From NCBI GenBank assembly GCA_951406725.2, contig OX597820.1, forward strand, positions 13,330,001 through 13,394,000: a stretch of DNA of 64,000 bases. The letters are read 5' to 3'. The translations under genes and the position numbers were made by a program. Under the pieces are notes generated by a model. That model made no database searches. It was given only the letters and a program-made list of their open reading frames with translations, and was not told the DNA's origin. Each line of letters starts with the position of its first letter. Position 1 is the first letter of the stretch. Positions 41,017 through 56,185 of the stretch are shown here, piece after piece. This DNA is from Octopus vulgaris. Taxonomy: Eukaryota.

Positions 41017-43168
41017 CTTCTTAAGTAAGCCAGTACAGAAATGATACCTCTTTCCTTCTAGTAGGTCATGGGGCCAGAACAATTGAACAGAAGTACGTGT
41101 GCATTACACGAATAGATGAGCCTGACATTGCAGTATTTCTCCATAATGTTCATAATGAAGAAGAAACGAATTATAATATCCCACTGTACGTGTTGGTGGG
41201 GGGTCTTTTTCTCTCCAGGCAATAAGGGTGTTCTTCTCCTCAATGACGTGTCACCTTTAGAACATTATTTAGTATTCTAATGTTGTGCTAGAGTTAATTT
41301 CATAATTATGATACATCTTATAGATAGGCAGAGATAATTCTCATAAATCGAGAATTTATGCTATATGATATTTGATCTCTCTCTTTACTCTTTTACTCTT
41401 TTACTTGTTTCAGTCATTTGATTGTGGCTATGCTGGAGCACAGCTTTTAGTCGAGCAAATCGACCCCAGGATTTATTCTTTATAAGCCTAGTACTTATTC
41501 TATCGGTCTATTTTGCCGAACCGCTAAGTAACGGGGACGTAAACACACCAGCATCGGTTGTCAAGCGATGTTGGGGGGAAAAAACACAGACACACAAACT
41601 TATACACACACATACATATATATACGATGGGCTTCTTTCAGTTTCCGCCTACCAAATCCAATCACAAGGCTTTGGTCGGTCCGAGGCTATAGTAGAAGAT
41701 ACTTGCCCAAGGTGCCACGCAATAGGACTGAACCCGGAACCATGTGGCTGGTAAGCAAGCTACTTACCACACAGCCACTCCTACGCCTGTATTTCTCTAC
41801 GCTGTTCATATAAACACCACTGGCCACTCAGTGTTATTTATCTATGTTCATTTTTGTTCAAGTTATTCAAATTACTCAAGCCATATATGTGTTATACGTG
41901 TGTTATATGTGTTTTATATGTGTTTTATATGTGTTATATATGTTATATATATATGTGTGTGTGTGTGTGTACGTGCGTGTGTGTGTGTCTATGTGCCGTG
42001 GAAAAGAATTACACGCACCGTAATTTTTCAGAATGGGATTTCAGAGAAAAAAGATTATATTTCACTTCTAGCGAATAATTTGTTTCATTTTTCGGAAATT
42101 TATGTTTTTATGTCATTGAGATATAAATAAAATTTATTCATGAAAAAAATGTATTAGCATTTCGGAAGTTTTGGAAAAGAGAAATCAAATATAACTTTAA
42201 AGAAAAACACTTAAGACAGCAACGAAGAGGATTTTATAAAACTAAAAAAAATAAGGTATAAGTATGGCAAAAATATAAAAATAAAAAATGAAATGTATAG
42301 AATAAGAGTAAGGCTATGTAATTAAATTTTCATTCACTATGTCTCTCGTCGTCGAAAATTGAAATTTCATATTTGCTGTTTCTTTCTTAAAAACCTTGAG
42401 TTTTTCTTCATGGCTGCTATGTTAGAAGATATCTTCTCTGATGTTACCTTCGAAACCTTAAAATACTTCTTCCCTGGTGCTCCCGTCTTCTTTATAATTC
42501 ACTTTGCCATTCTGATCATCTGTGGCATTATTCAATACGACAGAACTGGCGGAGTGTGTGTGGCAGCATTTCTTTCTGTGTTTTTACTTTCGAGGTTCAA
42601 CTACCGCCGAGGTCGACTTCGCCTTCTATCTGTTCGACTGATGCTTATAAGTTCCAGTCGATAACCGGAGTCGATTTAAAAGACTTCCTCCTCTATCTCT
42701 CAAAATTGCTGGCCTTGTGCCAAAAATTACAAAAAAAGTATTAATACCTATTTCTTTATTGCCCACAAGGGGTTAAATACAGAGGGGACAGACAAGGACA
42801 AACAAACGGATTAAGTCGATTATATCGACCCCAGTGCGTAACTGGTACTTATTTAATCGACCCCGAAAGGATGAAAGGCAAAGTTGACCTCAGCGGAGTT
42901 TGAACTCAGAACGTAGCGACGGGTGAAATACCTATTTCTTTACTACCAACAAGGGGCTAAACACAGAGAGAACAAACAAGGACAGACAAACGGATTAAGT
43001 CGATTATATCGACCCCAGTGCGTAACTGGTACTTATTTAATCGACCCCGAAAGGATGAAAGGCAAAGTTGACCTCGGCGGAATTTGAATTCAGAACGTAA
43101 GGGCAGACGAAATACCGCTAAGCATTTCGCTCGGCATGCTAACGTTTCTGCCAGCTCACCATTATAAT

Positions 43169-43222
43169 GAGAAGAAGAAGAAGAAGAAGAAGAAGAAGAA
43201 GAAGAAGAAGAAGAAGAAGAAG

Positions 43223-43255
<33 letters not shown>

Positions 43256-43270
43256 AAGAAGAAAAACAAG

Positions 43271-43303
<33 letters not shown>

Positions 43304-43441
43304 AAGAAGAAGAAGTAAAAGAAGAAAAACAAGAAGAAGAAGAAGAAGAAGAAGTAAAAGAAGAAGAAGAAGAAGTAAAAGAAGAAGAAGAAGAAGAAGA
43401 AGAAGAAGAAGAAGAAGAAGAAGAAGAAGAAGAAGAAGAAG

Positions 43442-43471
<30 letters not shown>
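43169..43471. repeat. (GAA)n polypurine array with recurring GTAAAA / AAAAAC interruptions
   Basis: Direct reading. Confidence 0.95.
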
Positions 43472-43472
<1 letters not shown>

Positions 43473-44164
43473 GTATGTGTGTATATATATCTATGTATGT
43501 GTGCGTGCACAATGTATTAACGGATTTTATGTGTCACGACTTTCAATAACTTGTACACAACATGTACAGAGGTCGACCATTATTTCCGCCCATTCATTCG
43601 CAGCCTAGAATTGCCAAAAAAATAATCAATAAAGTCCCACCTGTCATAAGAATTGCAGTGAAGTTAATTCCTCTGATGCTTACAGACGAACATGGTGGTT
43701 TGGTCGGGTTGGTACTGAAAGAAAAAGATAGAAATTGAATGAGGTAAGAGAGATAAATTTACAGTAAATATAATTGGAGTCATGCTACAGCACAATAGTT
43801 GTGGTGAACGCCTAACTACCTAAAAGCCTAGCTAAAAGAGTAACCGATTTTATTTTTTCCCGCCAAAACTAATGCCACATAGGAAAAAATCCCTTAGGTG
43901 AGATACGTCGCCAGCGTTACTGACCATATAATGCGCTCTCGTCGGATTTTTGTTTCGCCCGAATACATCGAGTAGAGATATTGCATCGAGAAGAGAGAAG
44001 GAGAGTAGGAGTGAAGAAAAGTAGGAGTCGGATCAAGAGAGGGGAGGGGGAGAGAGACGAGGGGAGGAGTTTAGATGAAGAGGGGGGAAGAGTTGAGCCC
44101 ATGTCGTGCAAAGGAGCGAAGAGAGAAGATTAATCCTTGTTCACGGCGCAAACGGGAGTCCGGA

Positions 44165-44280
44165 TCTAGGAGTGGTACAACTACTTCAAATATGGTGGCA
44201 CTTCAGTGGAGAGCAAGACACGCTCATTGCAAGCCTCCACAAGCTGAAACGAGAAGTGGATTGAGAAGGTTCGGTGAGTA
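44165..44280 (+). pseudogene. Small mariner HTH-region fragment
   Basis: EWYNYFKYGGTSVESKTRS resembles mariner W..RFK.G..S.E...RSGRP. Confidence 0.5.
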
Positions 44281-44284
44281 GACC

Positions 44285-44555
44285 ATTATTATTTTTTTAT
44301 TTTTATTATTGTTGTTGTTGGTGTTCAGGTCACTGCTTGGAATCGAACTCGGAATTTTGAGGTTAGTAGCCCGCGCTCTTAGGAATGAAAACCCAGGTTC
44401 GAAATTTCCCCAAGACACCTGAAGAAGGCAGGAGGGTATATCAGCTGAAACATTGTGTCAACAACAAACAAGATGAAGACAAATATCCGTCAAATGTAAA
44501 TAATGTAAATAATGTAAATAATGTACATAATTCCTCATCTCTTAAATATAGAACT
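44285..44555 (+). mobile_element. tRNA-head/HHR element copy with inverted head
   Basis: Reverse-complement head (44324-44381) joined through CTTA microhomology to forward body, HHR and tail ending CATAATTCCTCATCTCTTAAATATAG. Confidence 0.75.
44414..44459 (+). ncRNA. Type I hammerhead motif of the tRNA-head/HHR element
   Basis: GACAC-CTGAAGA-A-GGCAG(GAGGGTATAT)CAGCT-GAAACATT-GTGTC; perfect stem I GACAC/GTGTC. Confidence 0.72.
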
Positions 44556-44984
44556 GCATTATCAAGGTCAAGTTTTTCATTTTAATCCTTCGGGGTTGAG
44601 AAAATAAAGAACCAATCAAAGGTCGGGGGTTGAATCCTTCGACCCAACCATTTCTATCAAAAACAGAAAGCTCTGTTCCTAATTTGGAAGCAATAATTAA
44701 TGAACAAATAAAAGCGATCTGATTATGTATGACTTCTCATCAGAGACTGGCAAATTGATTCTATTTTCTCTCCGGTTTTGATTTTGTTTACGTTGCTTAT
44801 TTGTCGTAAAATCTGTTGCTTCTTCGTTAGACTTTCATAACTCTCGGTGGGTGTCTAAGCAGTTATGTTGCGAACGACAATAAAATATTAGAGTTGCTGC
44901 GAAACAATACGTTCGCAAGTGGTGGAAAGAGGGAGAGGAGCAGAAGGAGGAAGGACGAAAAAGGAAATAGAAGGGGGTGGAGAA

Positions 44985-45460
44985 GCTGATGATGGGTGTC
45001 TTCTTGTTGTTGTTGTTGGGAGGGGTGGTGGTGGTGGTGGTGGTGGTGGTGGTGGAGGTGGTGGTGGTGGTAGTGGTGGAGGTGGTGGCGGTGGTGCTGG
45101 TGGTGCTGGTTGTGCTGGTGGTGCTGGTGGTGCTGGTGGTGCTGGTGGTGGTGGCGGCAGTGGTGATGGTGATGATGACGATGATGATGATGAGGAGGAG
45201 GAGGATGATGAGGATGATGAGGATGATGATAGTGGTGGTGGTGGTGGTGATGGTGGTGGCGGCGGCGGGGGTGGCGACTGTGGTGGCGATGATGAGGATG
45301 AGGATGATGACGATGATGATGATGATGATATTGGTGGTGGTGGTCGTGGTAGTGGTCGTGGTGGCGTTACTGCTGACGACGACGACGGCGGCGTCGATGA
45401 TGACGATGATGATTATCATCATCATCATCATCATCATCATTATATGATGATGATGATGTT
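44985..45460. repeat. Compound GGT/GAT/CAT trinucleotide low-complexity tract
   Basis: Direct reading; generates spurious homopolymeric ORFs on both strands. Confidence 0.9.
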
Positions 45461-46233
45461 CGGTGACGAAGAAGGAGGTTTACAGCAGATAGAAAGAGTG
45501 TCTAGCGGGGAGATTAATTATATTCCAACAACAAGTAGCTGCTGAAGAAACACCACGAATGATCCTCTCTCCTCTTCATTCTACCGTTGTTTGGAGAATA
45601 ACATTGCCGTTGCTTCTGTCGCTGTTCTTGTTGTTGTTGTAGTTGTTGTCAATGGAAGTGTGTCTGCCGTAGTTAGCGGTGTCGTTGTTTAAGTGTTACA
45701 ATAATCAAGACGGTCTTGACAACGCAGTTGATTGTATTATCTCTGGAAAAGTTTGTTGTTTAAATTTAGTTCTATTATTTCTCACCTTTCTTTATTTTAT
45801 TTTATTGTCAAAATTCTCTCCTCTACAATTTATTTTTCAATAGAAAATGCTTTCGAGAAACCATTTTGAGACATAAAATGAAATACGAGGAAAATCGGGA
45901 CTTTTCCTTTTCTCTTTTATTTTTTTACTCCTTATTTCTTTTTTTTCTTGGCAGACTTAATGTGATTTCCGTTACGCGGTGGTGAATGAATTGTACTTCT
46001 AATTCGAGGAAAATTGTTGTTTTTATTACTTTCGAGGAATTTTTTAAAATACGATTTCTTACCTAAGGACAGGAAAATCACAAATCTGTACAAGATTGGA
46101 GAATAGTCGTTACGCGAAAAGACGCGTGGGAGCATGACTTAATGGTTGGAATGTTTAGCTTGCAATCCTAAGTCCGTAGGTTCAATTCTTGTACCAGATT
46201 ACGCGATCTTTTTGAATAAGAAAGTAAACCGCG

Positions 46234-46810
46234 TAAGGCGGCGAGCTGGCAGAAACGTTAGCACGCCGGGAGAAATGCATAACCGTATTTCGTCTGCCGT
46301 TACGTTCTGAGTTCAAATTCCGCCGAGGTCGACTTTGCCTTTCATCCTTTCGGGGTCGATAAATTAAGTACCAGTTACGCACTGGGGTCGATGTAATCGA
46401 CTTAATTCGTTTGTCTGTCCTTCTTTGTCCTCTCTGTGTTTAGCCCCTTGTGGGTAGTAAAGAAATAGGTATTCCGTCTGCCGCTATGTTCAAAGTTCAA
46501 ATTCCGCCGAGGTCGACTTTGCCTTTCATCCTTTCGGGGTCGATTAAATAAGTACCAGTTACGCAATGGCGTCGATATAATCGACTTAATCCGTTTGTCT
46601 GTCCTTGTTTGTCTTCTCTGTGTTTAGCCCCTTGTGGGTAGTAAAGAAATAGGTATTGCGTATGCTGCTACGTTCAGAGTTCAAATTCCGCCGAGGTCGA
46701 CTTTGCCTTTCATCATTTCGGGGTTGATAAATTAAGTACCAGTTGTGTACTGGGGTAGATCTAATCGACTGGCACCCTCCCCCCAAAATTTCGGACCTTG
46801 TGCCTAGAAT
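46234..46810 (+). mobile_element. tRNA-derived SINE family C with tandemly reiterated core; other copies at ~1-345, 9190, 13038, 13917, 25630, 38855, 42748, 59212, 59810
   Basis: Head AAGGCGGCGAGCTGGCAGAAACGTTAGC..GAGTTCAAATTCC; core GTCGACTTTGCCTTTCATCCTTTCGGGGTCGATAAATTAAGTACCAG (resembles the MetaSINE domain, from memory) occurs three times. Confidence 0.85.
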
Positions 46811-47259
46811 ACGAAAGAAAGTAACCCGCATGAACTTTACTGTTTCCCAGTTTTAGGACCCACCGAGCCGGATACTCGGTTTCCACGGCGTATTTGAGAC
46901 CGAAATGGTAGTATTCATCCTGAATGTACCAGTGCTCGACGGATATTTATTTTATCGACAGCGAAGCAATAAAAGGCAAAGTCGACCTCCGAGTCGTGGC
47001 ATCTGACGGAAAAAATACGTCTCTCCATTTTTTTCAAGTTTCGGGAAAGGGGGTGGGCTGAAATTTATTATAAAGTCCTGCGGCATAAGGTTGTACCTTG
47101 GCCGAAGTCTAACTACTCCAACAGTAATTATGTGTGGACCCCAGCATGGCCGGAGTCTGACAAAAGGAAATAAAAGATAAAAGATATATACGCAGGAGTG
47201 GCTACGTGGTATATATAATATATATATTAGTATATATATATATATATGTCTTCTTTGCC

Positions 47260-47295
<36 letters not shown>

Positions 47296-48979
47296 TGTTT
47301 ATCCCCTCACCATCGCTTGACAACCGATGTTGGTGTGTTTACGTCCCTGTAACTGAGCGCTTCGGCCAAAGAGTACGATAGAATAAGTACTAGGCTTGCA
47401 AAGAATAAATCCTGGAGGTCGATTTGTTCGACTAAAGGCGGTGCTCCAGCATGGCCGCAGTTAAATGACCGAAACAAGTAAAAGAATAAAAGTATAGAAT
47501 AGAGGGAAGACTGTCGGGGGGCCGCCTGATTCATGATTGGGGGTCGCGTTTAAGCATCGCTGCTCTACGTATTCGATCGACCTCCTAGAAATAACAGCCA
47601 AATATCTCTCTTACAGCTGAATCTATCGCCTTATTGTAACAACACTTCGTATAATGTATACTTGATATGCAAAAAGAGAAGTGATAGTCATAGATAGAAC
47701 ATCTTCATACGTAGGTCGGTCTGCCACGTCATTTGTTTACCCTGGGACTAAATTACAACAACAACGACACCAACAACACCCTGAAATTGTCTCATAGTTT
47801 AAACAAAGAGGCTGATTCACCTCGAAACAGGATGTACATGAGAACACCTTCGCTTACGTGAAAATAATAGGCAACTACACAATTGGCCATTGTTGGTTCT
47901 AATTTCAACTGTCCACTCCACGTCCTAATTCCCTAAACGTGATATCTTATCTCTTTCATTTGTTTCAGTGATTACACTGCGACCATACAGGGGCCCCACC
48001 TCGAAAAATTTCTTACTGAATGAATAAACACCATTATTTTCTTTTACTCTTTTAATTGTTTCAGTCATTTGACTGCGGCCATGCTGGAGCACCGCCTTTA
48101 GTCGAGCAACTCGACCCCGGGACTTATTCTTTTTGTAAGCCCAGTACTTATTCTATCGGTCTCTTTTTGCCGAACCGCTAAGTTACGGGGACGTAAACAC
48201 ACCAGTAATGCTAGGGGTACAAACACAGACACACAAACACATACATATACATATATATACATATATACGACAGGCTTCTTTCAGTTTCCGTCTACCAAAT
48301 CCACTCACAAGGCTTTGGTCGGCCCGGGGCTATAGCAGAAGACACTTGCCCAAGATGCCACGCAGTGGGACTGAACCCGGGACCACGTGGCTGGTTAGCA
48401 AGCTACTTAGCACACAGCCACTCCTGCGCCTACGTATTTTTAAATATTTGCGTGTTTTTAAATATTAAATATTTATATGTTTATATGCTTGTATGTTTTT
48501 AAAACTAATATTATTTCTAACTTTAAATTGATTTATTAATGTCGAAGAAAGAACACATATATACTGAATATTCTATTGGATAATCGGTCATGTTCCTCTA
48601 GTTTTCCATTCGTATTGCCTCCATTCAAATTATAAATTGGAACTTAGCTCGATTGGAGCACTTCGATTCTAGCCTGTTTCTGAGTATTGTTAATGTTAAC
48701 AATCTCTATATAGAATAGTATAATTTATATATTTATTTATATATATATATTTATATATAATATATATTTGAATCCAAACTTCTGCACGCATTAGATTTTT
48801 AAATCTCCTTGTTTCTCTCCGTATAAATATATTATATTATATCATTTCAAATTAGAGATAAAACCACTATTAGGCTCGAAATCAAACAGTGATTTATAAA
48901 CATAAGCGCAATACATAAAATTGTTTAAAAATATTGTACTCCACCTGCCTTTCTTTTGTTAATTTAAACTAATAAATTT

Positions 48980-49018
<39 letters not shown>

Positions 49019-49187
49019 TTTTATATTTACACACATTCATACATGCATATATATATACGCATACATATATTTATATACATTTATGCATAATCATATATGT
49101 GTGTGTGTGTGTGTGTGTGTCCATATAAGCATGTGCATATGTATCTCAGGAGAGAGAGAGAGACTATATAATATAGATAGATAGATC

Positions 49188-49225
<38 letters not shown>

Positions 49226-49906
49226 TGGAGAGAGAGAGGTGGTAGGGAGAGCGTTAGCAGTTGACACTTAACTCGTTGTTTATGTGAATTTGTTTCAATT
49301 CACGCCGGTGAACCCTATTAAGCCAGTTTAATCGGCAACCATTCATGCATTATTGCAAATTATTGGTCTATTCGTGATGGGGATCAGGGACATCATGCTC
49401 ATTTGATTTGGTAGAATGCAGAAAATGTATGATTGACCTAGCCTTTGATTTCGCTTCTAACTATCATTAAAATGAAAAGGATTTTGTTATCGTTTTTGTG
49501 TTAGCGTAAAAATATCTCTTCTTTGAATGTTATAGACGATAACCTTTGATAAATAGAGCGTATTCGTAATTCGGAGGGTTATGATCGCTGCAGGATGAAT
49601 ACAGTTAAGTGAAAATGGGTTCCATCTTGGATCGTGAAAGTGTGGATGTATATGTGGGGTTTCTAACATGTGTAGGAGAAGGATGTTGGGTGAAAAGATT
49701 GATTTAGAGTGCAGTCAATGTATGTTAGTGTCGTCTATATGGGGAGCCGTTCAATTACGTCTATTTATATATGCATATATTTTATTTATAAATGCAATTT
49801 ACAGACAAGTAGATAGATAGATAAACAGACAGACAGACAGAAGGAGATAGATAGATAGATAGACAAATAGATAGATAGATAGATAGATATATAGATAGAT
49901 AGACAA

Positions 49907-50005
<99 letters not shown>

Positions 50006-50353
50006 TATAAATAGATAGATAGATAGATAGATAGACAGACAGATAAATCGGTGTGTAGTAGAAAGGTAGATAAAATCTAAATAGCTGACACTCACACAAA
50101 ACCCAAAGATACACACACACACACATACACACATATATACTCTCTTTTACTCTTTTAGTTGTTCCAGTCATTTGACTGCAGCCATGCTGGAGCGCCGCCT
50201 TTAGTCGATCAAATCGATCGCAGGACTTATTCATTGTAAGCCTAGTACTTAGTCTATCGGGTGCTTTTGCCGAACCGCTAAGTTAGGAGGCCTTAAACAC
50301 ACCAGCATCGGTAGTCAGGCGATATTGAAGGACACAAACACACACACACACAC

Positions 50354-50388
<35 letters not shown>

Positions 50389-50773
50389 CGACGGGCTTCT
50401 TTCAGTTTCCGTCTACCAAATCCACTCACAAGGCTTTGGTCGGCCCGAGGCTATAATAGAAGACACTTGCCCAAGGTGCCACGCAGTGGGACTGAACCCG
50501 GAACCATGTGGTTGGTAAACAAGCTACTTACCACACAGCCACTGCTGCGGCTATACATATTCTTTTATTCTCTTACTTGTTTCAGTCATTTGACTGCAGC
50601 CATGCTGGAGCGCCGCCTTTAGCCGATCAAATCGATCGCAGGACTTACTCTTTGTAAGCCTAGTACTTAGTCTATCGGGTGCTTTTGCCGAACCGCTAAG
50701 TTAGGAGGCCTTAAATACACCAGTATCGGTAGTCAGGCGATATAGAAGGACACAAACACACACACACACACAC

Positions 50774-50810
<37 letters not shown>

Positions 50811-51585
50811 CGACGGGCTTCTTTCAGTTTCCGTCTACCAACTCCATTGGTCGGCCCGAAGCTATAATAGAAGACATTGGCCCACGGCGCCACGCAGTGG
50901 GCCTGAACCGGGAACCATGTGGTTGGTAAGCAAGCTACTTACCACACACTCACACCTGTATTTTCTCTCTTACACATAAAACTAGTCATTTTATTCTTCC
51001 CTGCATTCTCTAATTCTAACATTTCACGCCAATTCTTTAATCTCAGTGATGTACATTTTCCTTCTGATATTTTCGTTATGCCGTATTGTTCTTGTTCTAG
51101 TTGTTCTTGTTATTTCTGATGCGTTTCGCTGTTATTGTTGTTGTTGTTGTTGTCGCTGTTATATTATTGTTTTCTTGTTGTTGTTGTTGTTGTTGTAGCT
51201 ATCGACTATTGGTGTTTGCGTTTAGGTCTGTTTACAAAATGGCGTAAATGAACAAAAACAGAAAAAATCTCATCAGCTATCGAGTCTTAAAGGATCATTT
51301 AAGTATGCCATTTATTCATGCAGATGGCGCTTTAGAGCAGATTGTGAGCAGTCTGAATTAAATAAACTTCTTCTCTCATAATTCCACTCTCTCTGTCTCT
51401 TTCTCTCTCTCTCTCTCTCTTTCCCTCTTACTCGCTCGCTCTCAGAATGTATATATGCATGTAGGTACACGCACATGTATATGTATACATACATATATAT
51501 AGAGAGAGAGCGAGTGACAGACAGACAGAGACAGAGAGATACATACACACGCACATGTATATGTATATGTATATATACATATATT

Positions 51586-51629
<44 letters not shown>

Positions 51630-51906
51630 GAGAGAGAGAGAGAGAGAGACAGTCAGAGACAGAGAGAGACAGAGCCAGAGAGACAGAGATATGTACACAT
51701 TCATACATATGTATAGTCAAGCCAGAACCATGATACACCCACAAATAGTAGCGTATTCCAGCTCCCGTATGTTTACGTATATGCAAAGATCTGCGTGTGT
51801 GTGTGTGTGTGTGTGCACATTTCTTTAAATATTTTGCTTTGAATATTTATCTATACACATAAATGTATATTTAAATATGTCTATGCACGTTTTTGCATAC
51901 ATACAT

Positions 51907-52009
<103 letters not shown>

Positions 52010-52039
52010 GTATATATACATATATATAGACGTATATAT

Positions 52040-52073
<34 letters not shown>

Positions 52074-52141
52074 ATATATATATGAACATATGTTTTTCAA
52101 TGTGTCTATATAAATGTCTATGTATGAATATGTATGTGTAC

Positions 52142-52208
<67 letters not shown>

Positions 52209-52515
52209 GTGTGTGTCTGTATATATGCATTTCGATAAATATTTATCTATCTCTACATGTTTATGTATGTGTGTGTATATATATATATATATATGCATAT
52301 ATATATCGGTGTGTATGTGTGTGTATGTGTGTATAACATAGAAGAAAACACGCAGGTGGATGTGCCTAAAAATGACGTGCCGATTTAAATGGCAAAAACA
52401 GTGTTGTTTCAAAAACACATGTCTAAGACAACTTGACCATTATCAATTTGTAAAAATGATTTCCTTCCTAATTCCCTATTTCAAATATAGTAACAACAAC
52501 AATAACAACACTAGC

Positions 52516-52546
<31 letters not shown>

Positions 52547-52619
52547 GCAACAACAGTCATCCGATTCATACTTATTCTCTTTGTTATTGGTTTTCCTTTA
52601 TTGTTAGTACTCTACGTGA

Positions 52620-52649
52620 CTAATAAAGTAATTATCGTTATTATTATTA

Positions 52650-52685
<36 letters not shown>

Positions 52686-52739
52686 GAGAAATCATTATTA
52701 TTATTTTTATTTTTATTATTATTATCATTATTATTAATA

Positions 52740-52779
<40 letters not shown>

Positions 52780-52885
52780 CATTATTATTATTATTATCAT
52801 TAATATCACTACTACTATTATTATCATTATCATTACCAATATTAGTATTGTTGCTATGAATATTAGTATTGTACTGTTGTTGTTG

Positions 52886-52933
<48 letters not shown>

Positions 52934-53088
52934 GAGAAATCATTATTATTATTTTTATTATTATTATTATTATGATTAATATCACTACTAATACAATTAT
53001 CACCACCACTACTATTATCATTATCATTACCAATATTAGTATTGTTGTTATGAATATTAGTATTGTACTGTTGTTGATGTTGTTGTTG

Positions 53089-53132
<44 letters not shown>
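52620..53132. repeat. (ATT)n-rich tract with a higher-order tandem duplication
   Basis: TTAGAGAAATCATT...CCAATATTAGTATTG...GAATATTAGTATTGTACTG occurs twice (~52682 and ~52931). Confidence 0.85.
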
Positions 53133-53133
<1 letters not shown>

Positions 53134-53561
53134 GATAAATTTTATTTTACTTTTGTCAATCTGTAATTTGATGGAACAATCCATTAGTGAACGTATTTAA
53201 ATCTTGCATTTCCTTTTCGCTTATGTATTGCGGTTTAATTGTAATTTTTCTGATTTGTATTCAGCCGTCCTGTGTGTGCATACGTGAGTGCCTATGCGTG
53301 AGTATATGTGTGTGTGTGTATTTGTGGGTATATGTGTGTCTCTGAGGATGTGTTTGCTGGTGTATATGGCTTCGCATACAACGTATAAACACTGGTGTTT
53401 GTTTATGCAACACAACACGCATCAATCACTCTGCACTTGTTTATTCAAATAAAGACTTCTGCAAAAGCGTACAACAGTGGGATTTCTGCAAACAAAACAC
53501 ATCGGCTGCATGCTACTTTCTACACACATACATATATATATATGTGTGTGAGTATGTGTGT

Positions 53562-53603
<42 letters not shown>

Positions 53604-53634
53604 TTGTGTGTGTGTGTGTTTGTGTGTGTATGTA

Positions 53635-53684
<50 letters not shown>

Positions 53685-53759
53685 TAACATATATTTCCTC
53701 ATTGAAAATAATTCATTTTATTTGAATCTCTGTAATGCCGGCATTTTTATTCCCTAATA

Positions 53760-53817
<58 letters not shown>

Positions 53818-53849
53818 TTTATTTAAAAGCAGCAGAAATATAACAAAAG

Positions 53850-53887
53850 CTGTTACTCAGAATTTCACGCTCCCGTTCGTCGGACAG
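53850..53887 (-). ncRNA. Type I hammerhead motif, CCGACGA core
   Basis: Minus strand CTGT-CCGACGA-ACG(GGAG)CGT-GAAA-TTCTGAG-TA-ACAG, within an ~80 bp island between two TA arrays. Confidence 0.65.
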
Positions 53888-53984
53888 TTTTGTTATATAT
53901 ATATATATATATTAAGAACACGCACATATATATATACATCCATGCATACATACTCAGATATAAAGGACTATGTGTATACATATG

Positions 53985-54117
<133 letters not shown>

Positions 54118-54815
54118 ATGTATGTATAGACAAGTACACGAACAAAGATAAAACAGGAATAAACAACAAATGTCAATTGTAGGTTTTGGACGTACACAGT
54201 GAAGCTCGGTGAAAGATTTTGATGGGAAAAGAGAAGTAAAACTATTGCGTTTCTGGCATGGGTCTTCGTCGGATGGAAAGGAAAAGTTCAGAGAAGAGGA
54301 AAGAGAGGAAATAGTAGAGAGATTGGACAAACGCACGTGTGCACAAATTAACAGACCGGCAGTTGGGGAGAGATCGAAAATGAGGTTTTTCGAAGCAGAA
54401 GAATGCATAATTGACCATTGTGTATGTGTATGTAGGAGAGATATTTGTCTATATATACGTATATGTGTATGTATATGTATATATGATTTTGTATTTGGGC
54501 ATGTATGTGTGTTGCTTTTTGTGAGTGTGTGCGGGGGTTGTGAGTAGCGTGTTCGTATATTGAGGAGTGTGAGGTTAGTGAGCTTGGACCGCTTTGCGAG
54601 CCGGTGAAACATTAAGTAGTTGCACAGAGCCGAATCAGATTCTTATTAAATAATATATATATATACATACATACAAAATACCCTATTGTTGATGTTAAAA
54701 TTCCAATGAAGGAGCCTTTAATCTAAGTTAGAAACCAGCACTTTCTGTATTGGAAAGAAACCTTGAAATAAAACTGAGCAATGACATATTTATATATATA
54801 TATATATATATATAT

Positions 54816-54918
54816 AACGGGAAGCTTTATGAAAATAAACAAAAGACGAAGGCAGGTGGAATACAAACAAACAATTGTATTAGTATGGCGCTCAGGAATA
54901 TAAATAAAACAAGTCTTT
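54816..54918 (-). mobile_element. PLE pLTR 3' tail only (sequence downstream of the HHR cleavage site)
   Basis: Reverse complement is AAAGACTTGTTTTATTTATATTCCTGAGCGCCATAC...GCTTCCCGTT, nearly identical to 6182-6285; TA repeats on both sides. Confidence 0.85.
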
Positions 54919-54919
54919 T

Positions 54920-55648
<729 letters not shown>

Positions 55649-55907
55649 TTAGGAGGTTTGGAGGTGATATACAGGCATTATATATTAGAAGAAAAAAGGT
55701 ACTCAGAAATCTGGATGGTTTTATATTTACAGATTTTTATTAATATGTCACATGTTCTTGTAAATCACATATTAGCGCTTGCGTCTATTCTAGTAAGAGT
55801 CTACTACAGTAGATGCAAGTGCTAATATATGATGTGCAAAAACATGCGACATTAATAAAACTCTGTAAATGTAAAACCATCCAGATTTCTGAGTACCTTA
55901 TTTTTCT

Positions 55908-55986
<79 letters not shown>

Positions 55987-56125
55987 GTACGTACATACAT
56001 ACATATATACCCTGTTGTTGATGTTGAAATTCCAATAAAGAAATCTTGGATCTAGGTTAGAAACCGGTTCTTCTCTATTGGCAAGAAATCTGAAAATAAA
56101 CTGAATAATGACATATATATGTACA

Positions 56126-56185
<60 letters not shown>

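Noticed and set aside
42400-42540. Minus-strand DDQNGKVNYKE, EF-hand-like
   Set aside because: Short match, in-frame stops nearby, no exon context.
44835-45545. Overlapping 150-210 aa Gly/Asp/Thr/Val-rich ORFs
   Set aside because: Stop-free because of trinucleotide composition on both strands; no domain or splice evidence.
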